DNA of 64,000 bases from Octopus vulgaris (lineage: Eukaryota). Location of the stretch: positions 186,248,001 to 186,312,000 of the forward strand of contig OX597815.1 of the NCBI GenBank assembly GCA_951406725.2, read 5' to 3'. The notes beneath the pieces were generated by a model. It was not told the origin of the DNA and did no database searches. It saw nothing but the letters and a program-made list of their open reading frames with translations. This document shows, in pieces, positions 26,373 through 39,043 of this stretch. Both the position numbers and the translations under genes were made by a program. Every line of letters starts with the position of its first letter. The stretch's first letter is position 1.

Positions 26373-27194
26373 TGTCTGTTATTCAAGACGTTTAGCACAT
26401 CTACATTTTCTACTTCATATTATTTCAAGTGTAGTATATAACTGACCATACCATTTTCGTATATTTACATTGTACGGTTGCTAAATCCTAAACAGTTAAA
26501 CAAGTTCCCTAAGTCATCTCTATACACGCTACCCTTAAGACAGTAGAACAACCGTGGTAAAGTACATCTCTAAGAATATGAAAGGTTATAGGTATATAAT
26601 ATTCAAGTATTAAATATTACTTTGTTTGTTTTTTTTCTCATGCGAAAATGGATAGCTTTGTTTCCATATTTAATGTATAGCTCAAAGAAAGTAACTTCAT
26701 TCCGATCGATGTTAGAAGATAGTATTTCACTAGAAAGGATAGAAAAAATGGAGTGACAATTGTAGAGAACGGCTTGGATTAAAAATAATCGGTGGGGGTG
26801 GAATATTAGTTTATGGAAGAAATAGTGACAATCTCGGAACGAGAATAGTATGATACGAATTGCAATGTTTACACGGAATGGTTTACGAAAACTATTAAAG
26901 CGTATCAAGATCAGAAATCATTTTATTATTTTGAGATACAAGGTCATATATATATTCACTTTCTGAAAGAAAGAAACATGTTGGTTATATTAACAATGGT
27001 GCTAATTTCGGCGATAACGACGGATTAGAATGATGATGATGACGATGACGACGACGACGACAGCGCTGGTGATGATGACGATGATCATGCGAATGACGGT
27101 GATCAGGTTGATTATATAATCGCACATGAATTGATGAAGTTTACGAACTGGTTATGTTCGATTGAAACTTGGCGTGCTTATATATATATATATG

Positions 27195-27276
<82 letters not shown>

Positions 27277-27283
27277 TGTGTGT

Positions 27284-27520
27284 GGAGTTGCGTGGCTTAG
27301 TGGTTAGGGTGTCAGCATCATGATCGTAAGATTGTGGTTTCGATTCCTGGACCGGGCGACGCGTTGAGTTCTCGAGCAAAACACTTCATTTCACGTTGCT
27401 CCAGTCCACTCAGTTGGAACAAATGAGTGACGCGGCAATGGACTGGGGAACACATACGCCATGGAAACCGGGAAATCGGGCCCATGAGCCTGGCTAGGCT
27501 TTAAAAGGGCGCATTTATTT
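27284..27520 (+). mobile_element. tRNA-derived SINE (family C type)
   Basis: gcgtggcttagtggttaggg...gtttcgattcc; closely similar to 40252-40500. Confidence 0.85.
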
Positions 27521-28489
27521 TTATGTTATATATATATGCTTAGCAGCAACGATTCAGTCCTGAACTGATGAATCGTAAGATATCTAAACACATTACTCAA
27601 CGGTTTTGATAAATTTACATAACATTACATAGTTCTATCATTTTGTTAGGAAAGGCAATAGTTACGTTTAACCTAGTGTACAAAAGGTACTTATCTATTG
27701 ACCTCGGGATTATGAAATTATACTAATGAACACAGAACATTAAACTAGTGTACATAAACAATACAAGGCATCTGATTCGTCGATTTACGAATTCTAGCAT
27801 CGACTACTCTATAATACATTCAACTAATAATGCTGTAGATTCTACTTAAATTCCAGTTTGCTTTGCGATACACATAATGAACTTCGCCATCTCTGGAAGA
27901 GTTTGCATTTGCACAACTGCTTTTTATTATCAAAACAAGAAAGTTATCTACTAACAGCCACATGAATTCAGAATCATATTTATTCTATGACTGAAAGTAA
28001 ACATAAACGTCCGTTCGGTCGCATAATTACATATAGAAATGCCTGAAAATGTCAACGTACGATGTCACATATGCGACTGAAATGAAATCTAAATACACGC
28101 CTTTCTTTAGTTCATGATAACCTTTTAACACAGAAGTGTCTTTCAGAAATATTAAGCTCTCATGCTCGTATAATACTAATTCAAATGAAAGGATATTGTT
28201 GATCAGGTGTGCAGAGAAAAAAATCTATATTTATGGGATACAACACTATCTCCATATCTTGATGTAGTTAAAATCGATGAAATCCCATTGTTTAGCAACC
28301 TGTTGCTTCCCAGCTTGTAAATACATTTATCCTTCCGTTAATATTAGTCTGTGTTTAATTAATGAAGAAACGCTAATAGCTGCAATCCTACGATTAGGAT
28401 TCTGTTTATTTGAAAGGGAAAATAACACATTTGAAGCAATACCTTTCATAAAAGCAGCAGGTGTAAGTTGTCATGCAAGCATAACTACA

Positions 28490-28577
28490 AGAGAAAGAGC
28501 GAGAGAAAGAGAGAGAGAGAGAAAGAGAAAGAGAGAGAGAGAAAAAGAGAGAGAAAGAGAGAAAGAGAGAGAGAGAA

Positions 28578-28666
<89 letters not shown>

Positions 28667-28720
28667 AAGGGAGAAAGAGAGAGACAGAGAAAGAGAGAAA
28701 TGGAGAGAGAGAGAGAGAGA
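28490..28720. repeat. (GA)n microsatellite
   Basis: Directly visible. Confidence 0.95.
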
Positions 28721-28842
28721 TGCTCGCTCTTAGTACGTTGGAGGTGTTGTGCATTAAATGCATTTTATCATGAAAATTGTCTAACATATTGGTTACTCCA
28801 ATTTCGTTTGTTCTCTTCAGCAAAGTAATATCAACCGTTTCA

Positions 28843-29252
28843 ATGGTGGTGCTGGTGATGATGATGGTGATGATGGTGGTGGTGATGATGATGGTGGTGA
28901 TGATGATGATGGTGGTGATGGTGATGGTGGTGGTGATGGTGATGGTGGTGGTGATGATGATGATGGTGGTGATGGTGGTGATGATGGTGATGATGGAGAT
29001 GATAATGGTGATGATGGTGGTGATGATGGTGGTGATGGTGATACGATGGTTCTGATGATGGTGATGATGATGATGATGGTGGTGATGATGGTGATGATGG
29101 TGATGATGGTGATGATGATGGTGATGATGGTGGTGATGATGGTGGTGGTGGTGATGATGATGATGGAGGAGGAGGATGACGGTGAGGATGATGGTGATGA
29201 TGATGATGGTGATGGTGATGATGATGAAGATGATGACGATGATTATAATGAT
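28843..29252. repeat. (GAT/GGT)n trinucleotide tract
   Basis: Directly visible. Confidence 0.95.
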
Positions 29253-29689
29253 GATAGGGCTACAGCAAATATTCTGCTCAGTACCACATATTTGCTTGTC
29301 AGTTGTTTGATCTTAAACACTTGTGATATCACCTTTTTGTGGCTGACGATATGTGCATCTCTGATCACGAGCAGAATTAGAGGGGGGTGGGGAGCATCAT
29401 AGCTATGTGTTGTGAGGGATTCTTTTGGGTTTGGATAAATCATCCCTGGAAACATGGATGTTTCGTTCAACATCCTTAAACAAACCTCACTCGGGGATCT
29501 TTTGAGCGGGATGTGCTACTCGACCTCAAGAAAATTCTAACTGACCCCCATTATCTTGATATGAAATCACCATGTCGCGCATATATGGTTGTGATGTATG
29601 TGCCTGGTGTGCCCTTATCAAATGGGTAGTCATGATGGGATTACTTGGCTTCGTATATTTTACCCCACTCTCACTCATTAATAATAGTC

Positions 29690-29913
29690 ATTTCTATTAA
29701 AGAAACAAGATCTGAAATTTGTAGGCAGGAGACTAGTCGGTAACATCGACCCCAGTATTAAGAAATTTATCGACTCATACTTAATTTATCGACCCCGAAA
29801 CGATGAAAGGTAAAGTTAACATCGGCGGAATTTGAACCCAGAACGTGACAACAGACGAAACGCCGCTAAGCATTTTGACCGGCGTGCTAACGATTCTGCC
29901 AGCTTGCCGCCTT
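29690..29913 (-). mobile_element. SINE family A
   Basis: Ends in gattctgccagcttgccgcctt, the reverse complement of the head. Confidence 0.8.
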
Positions 29914-29938
29914 ACGCATAATAATAATAATAATAATA

Positions 29939-29982
<44 letters not shown>

Positions 29983-30027
29983 GTAAATCGTTAAGGTTTT
30001 TGAACGAAGTATTCATCTTTATCTGTT

Positions 30028-30099
<72 letters not shown>

Positions 30100-30100
<1 letters not shown>

Positions 30101-31545
30101 TAAGAAAGGAATACTATAGGAGAATAAGGCTTGTACTGAAGACTGAGCTCAACTCCAAAAATTGCATTGAGGCCATTAACACCCTGGCCCTTCCAGTAGT
30201 CCAGTACAGTTTTAATATCATTAACTGGAACCTTACGGAACTCCAACGCTTAGACAGGAAGACAAGAAAGTTACTGACATCTAGGAGCATGCACCACCCT
30301 AAGGCAGATGTAGACCGCTTGTACCTACCTAGAAGCAGCGGGGGGAGAGGAATGATGCAATTAGAGCTGTGCTATAAGACCTCTACTGTAGGAATGAACA
30401 GGTACCTATCTAGTACAAAGGACTGGATGCTGCGACTTGTGCGCGAACACGAAAGCAACAAAAAGCTGCATTCTATTGTCAAGGAAGCTTATAAGTTCGA
30501 AAGGGAACTAGACATTAACCTTGAATCAGATGAAGAGCCGGAAACCACTGCTACCAAGCAAGCAAAGCGAATCAAGCAGACTGCAAAAAAAGAACGGGCA
30601 GAATCAAATTGAGAGGCGGTGGAGCCAGAAGCCCCTGCATGGACAATATATTCTCCGAAGCCAAAATGCTGATGTAGACCAAGCAACAACCCATCAGTGG
30701 CTGAAGAGCTCTGGATTGAAAGCAGAGACTGAAGGTTTCATAATGGCAGCACAAGATCAAAGCTTGTTTACCAGAAATTACCAGGCTAACGTTCTCCGAA
30801 ACGGTACTGACCTTAAATGCAGATTCTGCGACACATTTGACGAAACGATAGACCATCTCGTTTCGGGATGTCCTGTGCTGACACCAAACGAATACAAAAA
30901 TCGCCACGATAGGGTAGGACAGTATATACATTGGAAGATATGTAAACACTACAAATCCGACATTCCTGCTAACTGGTACGAACACCATCCTCAGCCAGTT
31001 GTTGAAGGTAAAGATGTCACCATCCTCTGGGATTTTCCAGTCAACACTGACAGAACGATCAAGGCTAATCGACCAGACATAATTGTTAAGGACAGGGAAG
31101 AAAATACCTGCAGACTAATAGAAGTAAGCGTCCCCACTGATAAAAATGTATCTGTCAAGGAATTTGACAAACTTAGTAAATATAAGGACCTGGAAATCGA
31201 AATACAGAGGATGTGGAATCTTAAAACAAAAACTGTTCCTGTTATTGTAGGTGCCCTAGGTATGATAAAAAAGGGATGTCAGAAACACCTAGACAATATC
31301 CCTGGAAAACCATGTCTCAAGGAAATCCAAAAGATTGTGCTAACAAGTACTGCCCACATCCTTAGAAAAACCCTATCAATGTAAATGTCTGTGTTTGCAT
31401 TACATGGAGATATATCTCTACTTCCCCTCCCCAAGCTTTCAGCTGTATTTCAACAACTCTTAACCTTCACTTGCCCTAGGGTGCTGGGTGTGCCCCGACA
31501 GGTGATTGCATCAAACATGCAGATTAAAAGTAAATGACAATAATA
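30100..31545 (+). mobile_element. R4/Dong-clade non-LTR retrotransposon, 5'-truncated, inserted in (TAA)n
   Basis: HPKADVDRLYLPRSSGGRGM (post-RT), CCHC knuckle CRFC..DETIDHLVSGC, RHD, NRPDIIV..IEV..K..KY restriction-like endonuclease; one frameshift near 30590; (TAA)n on both sides. Confidence 0.92.
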
Positions 31546-31572
31546 ATAATAATAATAATAATAATAGTAGTA

Positions 31573-31655
<83 letters not shown>

Positions 31656-32627
31656 CATCATGGTTGACTTGAAACTGTACGGCAAAGATGGGACACAAGA
31701 CCATTGATCGTTATCGGTTAAGCATTATCTGTAAAGATGGTTTTTACTGCCAAACTTCACGAGATTCTTTTTTAAAAGTATAGTTTTTTGCAACTTGAAC
31801 CCGTGTCTGAAATAAAACGTTAAGGTTTTTGAACGAAGTATTAATCTTTATCTGTTATTATAGGTGGAAATGTATAACGGTAAATAAGAAACAAAATATT
31901 GAAACATTTCAAAAACTGCATGCAGCTTTGAAGGACAATATCGGTAAATTAATTAAAAATGGCAATACTGAATAAGCATGAAGCTAAATGATAAGAGATC
32001 TTCTATCGTTTTCAGTTAGACATTAGGTATTATGATTTTAAAAGAGAAGCATTAAAAAGTTGACATAAAGAATTGCTTTAACAGTTAGAAAATGTTTGAC
32101 ATTTCAATCATCACCAAAAAATGAAGCCGTAAGAATTTACAGGGAAATTGTATATAAGAAGTAAAGCAGAAATGGTTTTTAACTGTACTGCCAAAGTTCT
32201 GCAACTTAATAGCAGACGTATCCAATTTAATAAAAGATTGGATCTCCCAGCTGTATGAAGATTTCCTGACTCCGCCCACCCCCTGTCAGAAAACAGCTTC
32301 AGGAGTTGTGAAGAAAGACATTGTACGTAGTCTGTTTCTGAGAACTAGTTTATTGGACCTCTGTCTAATCACGTCTTTTAGGGTACACACACACATAGAA
32401 AATGTGAGGTCATGGTAGAAATTTTTTACGATAGTTGATTTATGGAAAATTTTGTTAAATTTTTGAAATGCAAATATGTTAAAGAAAATTATGTTCAGAC
32501 CTCTACATGGTAGGTAGACCTGATAGAAATAGCAGCCAAATCTTCCTCCAAACACACTACTGTATTAGTCCGACAATTCTGCGTATTATGTAGTTTAAAT
32601 GGGAAACTGTAACTAAAGATGAAGATA

Positions 32628-33919
32628 CGAGGGGCGTTCAATAAGTAATGCCTCTGACCCACTTCCCATAGCAGTAGAGCAACGAAACTTGGCACAGTTA
32701 TTAGTCTTTTTCTACATAGGAACCACCCAGAGTTACGCATTTCTCCCATCGTTTAATGCGGCTCTTGAGACCGTTTTTGTAGAATAACCCAGCTTGGTCC
32801 TCCAACCTCAACGTGACTTCAGAAATCAAGGCTGCATCATCTGAAAAACGCTTTCCTTTCAAAAACAACCTCATGACTGGGAAGAGGTGAAAATCAGAGG
32901 GTGCAAGGTCAGGAGAGTATGGAGTATGGGGGAGGAGTTCATAGCCATACGCCTGTGCTTCTGATCTGGCGACAAGCGAGTTGTGGACCGGAGCGTTGTC
33001 CTGGAGAAGGAGGATGCCTTTGCTGATCTTGCCCCGCCTCTTGATTTTGATAACTTCTCTTAATTTCCTCAAAAGTGAAGCATAATAGGCTCCTCTAATT
33101 GTGGTACCCTTTGCCAGGAAATCTGTCATCACTACTCCGTCCTGGTCCCAGAAGACTGTGAGCATGACCTTGCCAGCGGAGGGCTGCACCCTTGCCTTCT
33201 TTGGAGGGGGTGAGTCACGGTGCTTCCACTGCATTGACTGGGCTTTGGTCTCTGGATCATCGTGATGGACCCAGGTTTCATCCTTTGTAATCAGTCTTTT
33301 GAAAAATTTTGACTCATCTTCTTGGCACATCTCCAAATTCATCCTCGAGCACTCGACGCGTCTTTCTTCTGGAAAGGTGTGAGCAACCTGGGAATCCATC
33401 TGGCAGACACCTTTTGCATATGCAAATGGGCATGAATGATAGTTTCCACAGACCCGGTACTAATCTTGACCTCATGGGCTATTTGGCGAACAATTATGCG
33501 TCGATCTTCCAAAATGGCAGCCTCAACTTGACGGACAGATGCCTCATCAATGGCAAAAGCGGGGCGACCAGATCTGGGAGCTGTTTCCACAGAGTTCCGA
33601 CCATGTTTGAATTCACGATGCCAGCGTTTTACAAGGTCATATGATGAGGCATCATCACCATAAGTTACTTTCATTTCATCAAAAGTCTCCCGTGGTGTGC
33701 GTCCTTTCAAATACAAAAACCGGATCACTGCTCGACACTCAACAGGCTCCATTTCACACTTGACTCAGTTCAAACACCTGTATATCAGAAACCACAGTTA
33801 GTTCAGAGCTGTAATTTGTCACTTACTCTATAGAGATATAAATGATTGCACATGCAAAATTTCAGCTAGATCAAACAAATGTAAATGGGTCAGGGGCATT
33901 ACTTATTGAACGTCCCTCG
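32628..33919 (-). mobile_element. Full-length mariner transposon (DD34D), transposase with a single frameshift
   Basis: TA|cgaggggcgttcaataagtaatgcc...ggcattacttattgaacgtccctcg|TA; ORFs 33339-33752 and 32701-33399 give WIPRLL, ITKDETWV, QDNAPVH, YSPDLAPSDFHLF. Confidence 0.95.
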
Positions 33920-35514
33920 TAATTAACCCCACAAAGAGATGAAAGAAGAGAGACAGCATAGCGAAAGATTTGGCTGGCTGACTATCATTTTGTAGTCCCC
34001 TTGTTGCTAGCGAAATGGTATATGCCGGCTGTGTGTGCAACTGGTTGTTTTAATGGCGGAACAAAGAGGGGAATTGCATTAGAAAAGGTTTTAATCGATT
34101 TTCTCAGTAAGTATGGGGGCTAGGAAAAATAGAAGAGACACTAAGATGTTGACGTTAAGAATTGCTTTATGAGTTGGAAAATGTTTGGCATTTCAATCAT
34201 CACCAAAAAATGAAGCTGTAAGAATTTACGGGGAAATTGTATATAAGAAGTAAAGCAGAAATGATTTTTAACTGTACTGCCAAATTTCTGCAACTTAATA
34301 GCAGACATATCCAATTTAAGAAAAGTGAAGATAAAAGCTAAATGGGGAAGTATGGGATAAGTCATTGTTATACGCTTATAGAAAAAAATAGACACTTACC
34401 TCTTTAGAGAACAAAATGTAGCTGAGAGCTATTGTATTGGGCGTCTGTCTAATCAGAGAGCAGAAATTGATAGAAGATATATGAAATGGACGTGTGTGTG
34501 TATGTGTGCGTGTGTGGTTCGGGCTAATTTGGCGGGTGTTTGGCGGGGGTTACAATTCCCAAGTCCCTCCTACATTTGTTTTACTGTTTACAACCACTAA
34601 CAATACATACATTACCCCCCCCCCCCATACAACAGAAGAGGAATTCTCTTTCCGCTAAGACTTATCCTATGTGCCACAGCCCGGTTCGCTTCACACGCAG
34701 AAACCTTAAAAGGTCCACGCATGCACTTCACACACACACTTTACAATCACTGACCCCGCATCTACAAATGTTGTTAAACCCAAAACAATGTAATTCGTTT
34801 CCCATTTATTAGGTCTACCACCAGTTCGGTCAATAATATCTACCCGTAATTATCCTAAGTATTATGGTATTACACTATTTTTTTATATCGATATCGCATG
34901 ATTCTATTATTCCAGCATCACCATCACTTCCAATCTCATTATTATAGACTTAATAATAGCCTTAATGCCCATACTATTACGCAGTAATATCAATATCACA
35001 CCATTCTATTATCTCATTATCACATTTACACGCGATTACATTATTATATCATTAACGAACCAATCACTACCCTTACATCCACTTCCATCACATTTCCTTA
35101 CGCATATTCCGAACTCTGACGAACACACAACTGTCATATAATTGGTCTCAACACTCTTAAACATTCAAACGCTCACACTCGCAACCCAGCCTTTCATAAT
35201 CTTGATACCTTTAGCGCACTTCGGATATTATCCCTAAAACTTACACGATCCTTTAACTGCTCTATACGAATGCATTTAATCTCTCCCACTTCAGTCCCAC
35301 CGTTATTCATCGTTATGACTTACTCATACACACATTCTCTTCTTTCTGTATATCGTTTCGTTTTCTTCTACATTTAACTGTATTGGCAAAGGATAAACTG
35401 TCCGTAATTTCCATACCTCTTCTTTCACAACGCCTTAGTATATAATAATTTTGCAACGTTTGAAGTCTACTTCTTGTTTTTACATCTAGCAACAATATAT
35501 ATATATATATATAT

Positions 35515-35807
35515 CACGTGATCATGTGACCGACCAGACCATCAGATGTTGTTACACATCGCTGGTCACAATGCGTTCGCATTGTTTTAGCCTTCGAATG
35601 ACGCCACCCCGCTGGCTAAGCGAGCAGGCCAACAGGAGAAAGAGTGGGAGAAAGAGTGGTGAAAGAGTACACCAGGGATCACCACCCTCTGCCGGAGCCT
35701 CGTGGAGCTTTTAGGTGTTTTCGCTCAATAAACACTCACAACGCCCGGTCTGGGAATCGAAACCGCGATCCTGCGACCGCGAGTCCGCTGCCCTAACATT
35801 GCACCTC

Positions 35808-35808
<1 letters not shown>
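35515..35808 (-). mobile_element. tRNA(Arg)-like SINE (family C type)
   Basis: Minus strand ttagggcagcggactcgcggtcgcaggatcgcggtttcgattccc. Confidence 0.82.
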
Positions 35809-35856
<48 letters not shown>

Positions 35857-35970
35857 ATGCATATATATATAGATAGATATAGCTACTTATGTAACGTATG
35901 TTATAACTATAAACGGCAAATTTTAGCCATTTCTCCGCAGACTGAAAGAAGAAAAATGAAGAACAACATG

Positions 35971-36010
35971 AACCGATTTTCGAACCTTATTGGGTTCTCA
36001 TCAGAGACAA
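35971..36010 (-). ncRNA. Hammerhead core with perfect stem II; stem I unresolved
   Basis: Minus strand CTGATGA-gaacc-caataa-ggttc-GAAA-atcggtt. Confidence 0.5.
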
Positions 36011-37862
36011 CTAAATCATTCTGGCAGTCTCCAGACAATCAAGGAGCCAAACTGTTTATATAGTCAACAAATGCAACAGTTACTCTATGAAGGAGTCTCT
36101 AATTTGCATACAGAAAATGTATTCTACCATAAATACCAGCGGCTTGTCAATGGGGATCTTAGTCCACACAGTATCAAGGTATGATATAATATATATGTAA
36201 CATATGGTACAACTATACAACCACAAAAGAGTAAATATGACGAGGTATGAGGTACTATGAAAATCAGTCTTGTTACTTGTGCGTGCATGTACTTATATCA
36301 CAACTATATTTTCATGTTGTATAGCAACTTTATTGTAATACTGAACGAATCTAGTAAAGCGACATTTAAATTTTATGTGAACGGTTCAAGAAAGCTGCGA
36401 TAAAAATAAGATTTGCATGGAAAACGAAATAAAAATACAGCCAAGTGGATGAACAAGAAAATCTACTGAGAAAGAACTTAATGGCATTCATTTATGAAAG
36501 CTTTATGATTTTTGCGAATATATAATCGATCGTTTCAGATTGCTTTCAAATATAGTATATAGAAAAATGCGTGTATCGAGCGATCCAGTGGACTCCACAA
36601 AAATAGACATTAAGTGAAGCTTGCAAACATCAATTTTTATCGATATATTTAAACATCTACAATTATAAATTGCCAATGTTTGTGTATCGAGGGGAATGCG
36701 AATTATAGCAGTGGCATTAGAAATATTGAAATGAAAGATGAGAGTAATTATTTGGATCTCTGTGTTTCCCAGAAAATTTATAGTATATGCACTTCGATAT
36801 TAATAGATTCAACAAAAATATAGCAAACATTGCGAATGCGTTGCATCCTAGAATAGATCTTAAGTGCAGCAAGAAATGGATTCAAATTGTTATCGTTATA
36901 TATATATATATATATATATATATGAATAATGTATAAAATTGTGTGCGCGCATTTGCGTTAATGCGTGTGGGAGTGTGTGGGAGTGTGTGGGAGTGTGTCG
37001 GTGTGTGTCGGTGTGTATGTACAGTATAATTTTGCTTAAACATGTGTAAAATAATATATAAGGAAAACAACACTTAATTGTTTATGGTTTTGTTAGAGAA
37101 GAAAGAGCAACGGCCATAATATTTTTCATTTCCTCCACCACTAATGAGAAGAAAAGAGGAAGTTATTCCTTTATTGTTGACCTGACCCGAATGTTTGCAG
37201 CATAGGAGCAAACAAGGATCTGATGGTGATATTAAGGATGGTAATATAATGATATTAAGGATGTATATCAAGCAAGGGTACAAACGGTTCCAACGAATAT
37301 AGACAGTTTCAGCCAATCAAATTTTGCTCAGAGAATTTTGGTTGTTCTGGGGCCATGTTATAAAACATTTTACTATAATGCATTTTTCATTAAACACAAA
37401 TGCACATAAACGCGAAAAGAATCTTTAAACTGCTTTGCAAATTTACCGACCATCGCAACTCCCTCAGGTTCCACAGCCGTGAATACCGTTCTACAACGAT
37501 CTCAATAACTGTCACATATTCATCTTGGTATGGCAATATTGTGCCAACATCCTATTGGATATATGTCGCAGATTACTGATATTTGTCACTCATTACTCTA
37601 GTTATAACAACCATTCGAAATAGGATAAAAATCTAGAATGTAATTAAAAGGAAATACAATGTTTGGATGAAGAATGCATTAGAGAGTGCAAAATAAAATA
37701 TGAGAGCAACGGAAATATGCATCTGATTAATGGATTCAAAGAAGATGGTGTCCAAGTCTAAATTTGAGCCAACTTCCTGCTTAACTTACTATGCATAATA
37801 TATTAATTTTCAAGGAGAATGTACAAACGATTTATCTTGAGAGTCTTAAGTATGTCGATTAC

Positions 37863-37899
<37 letters not shown>

Positions 37900-37902
<3 letters not shown>

Positions 37903-39043
37903 ATAAAACGGTAAGATAACAAAAGAAAGAAGGAGACCTCAATATTATGTAAATAGAGGAAATTTATCTATACAATAATATGTTACATTACTCGATAGTC
38001 AAGATAAAACTCTGAGTTTCAGATGCCGAAGTGGAAATCCACAACACCATCTCTTCGGTTATCTGGCTATTTGAAAACGATATGAAAAAATACCGTTAAA
38101 TAAAGGGAAATTACTGTGTTATAACTCTGCTTGCCTGCGTATTTATACATCGCTCGTATTTTTCGTCATAAAAATTATATAAAAATACATAAAAAATATA
38201 AAAATATATAAAATCTTCTTGGGACATAACATAGAAAGCATGTTCTATCTGTTTTCTTTAGGGGACCAAAAACGTAACAGAAATTTAGTCACATGTGGGC
38301 ATGATCCGAAAAGTTCTGTCCTTGTATTTAGACATGTAGTAGGGTCTAAGCTGCTTTTCCAGATAAGCCATCTCTCCATGTCGCATAGACCGCACCTTCC
38401 GCTGCCGTTGGTATAGGGCTTACATCTGGCCAAAATCTTCCATTGTATGTTATAATCGACACCTTTATCTCTTAAAGAACAAATATGATTAGATAATTGT
38501 GTCGCTTTTCTTTTGTTCCAGTGCCTAAAGCTCAAAGTGTGGTTATTGAACCTGGCCTTGAAATTACCCTCTGTAAGGCCCACGTATTTCTTCGTCGAAA
38601 CGGTGTCTTTAGTGGTTATAGAGTTTACGGTAGCTTCATATATGATGGTCTTGGACATGCAAGCTCCATTTAGCGGGCACAATTCTTTATTCCTGCATGA
38701 ACAGCTGTTTTCTTGTTGTGTTTTTTTGTATGTTATGTTTGATTATGTTTTTAAAATTGGTAGTTGAACTAAAACTAATTTTTAAATTGTGTCTATTGAA
38801 GAGTTTCCTATAAGTATGGTTAACTGGAAAATGTCTATCTATCAGTGCTAGGAAATATTTACCTATATTGAAGGCCACCTCGGGTGAGTAAGGGGGCGTA
38901 AACCAGATGACCTTCCTATTTCTATTATTCCTTTTCCTTACTGTTGGGCTAGTCATAGGTGTATATTTTATTTTTTCCCTAAAACCACTATCTTTTAAAG
39001 CCTAATTATAAACTGGGGCAACGCTATTGAAAACTGGCTTTAA
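37900..39043 (-). mobile_element. Penelope-like element 3' portion (GIY-YIG endonuclease), left arm of palindrome
   Basis: ORFs 38687-38956 (RKVIWFTPPYS) and 38245-38682 (CPLNGAC..IIYEATV..YVGLTEGNFKARFNNH..CGLC..ER..LNTRTE); 3' UTR runs into (TA)n. Confidence 0.9.
37996..38069 (-). ncRNA. Hammerhead-like motif in the PLE 3' UTR (left arm)
   Basis: Reverse complement of 39984-40057. Confidence 0.6.

Noticed and set aside
27565-27592. CTGATGA followed by a small hairpin
   Set aside because: No GAAA box follows.
34500-35320. C/A-skewed region with a TYPMCHSPVR peptide, possibly a LINE ORF1 relic
   Set aside because: No continuous frame or diagnostic motif.
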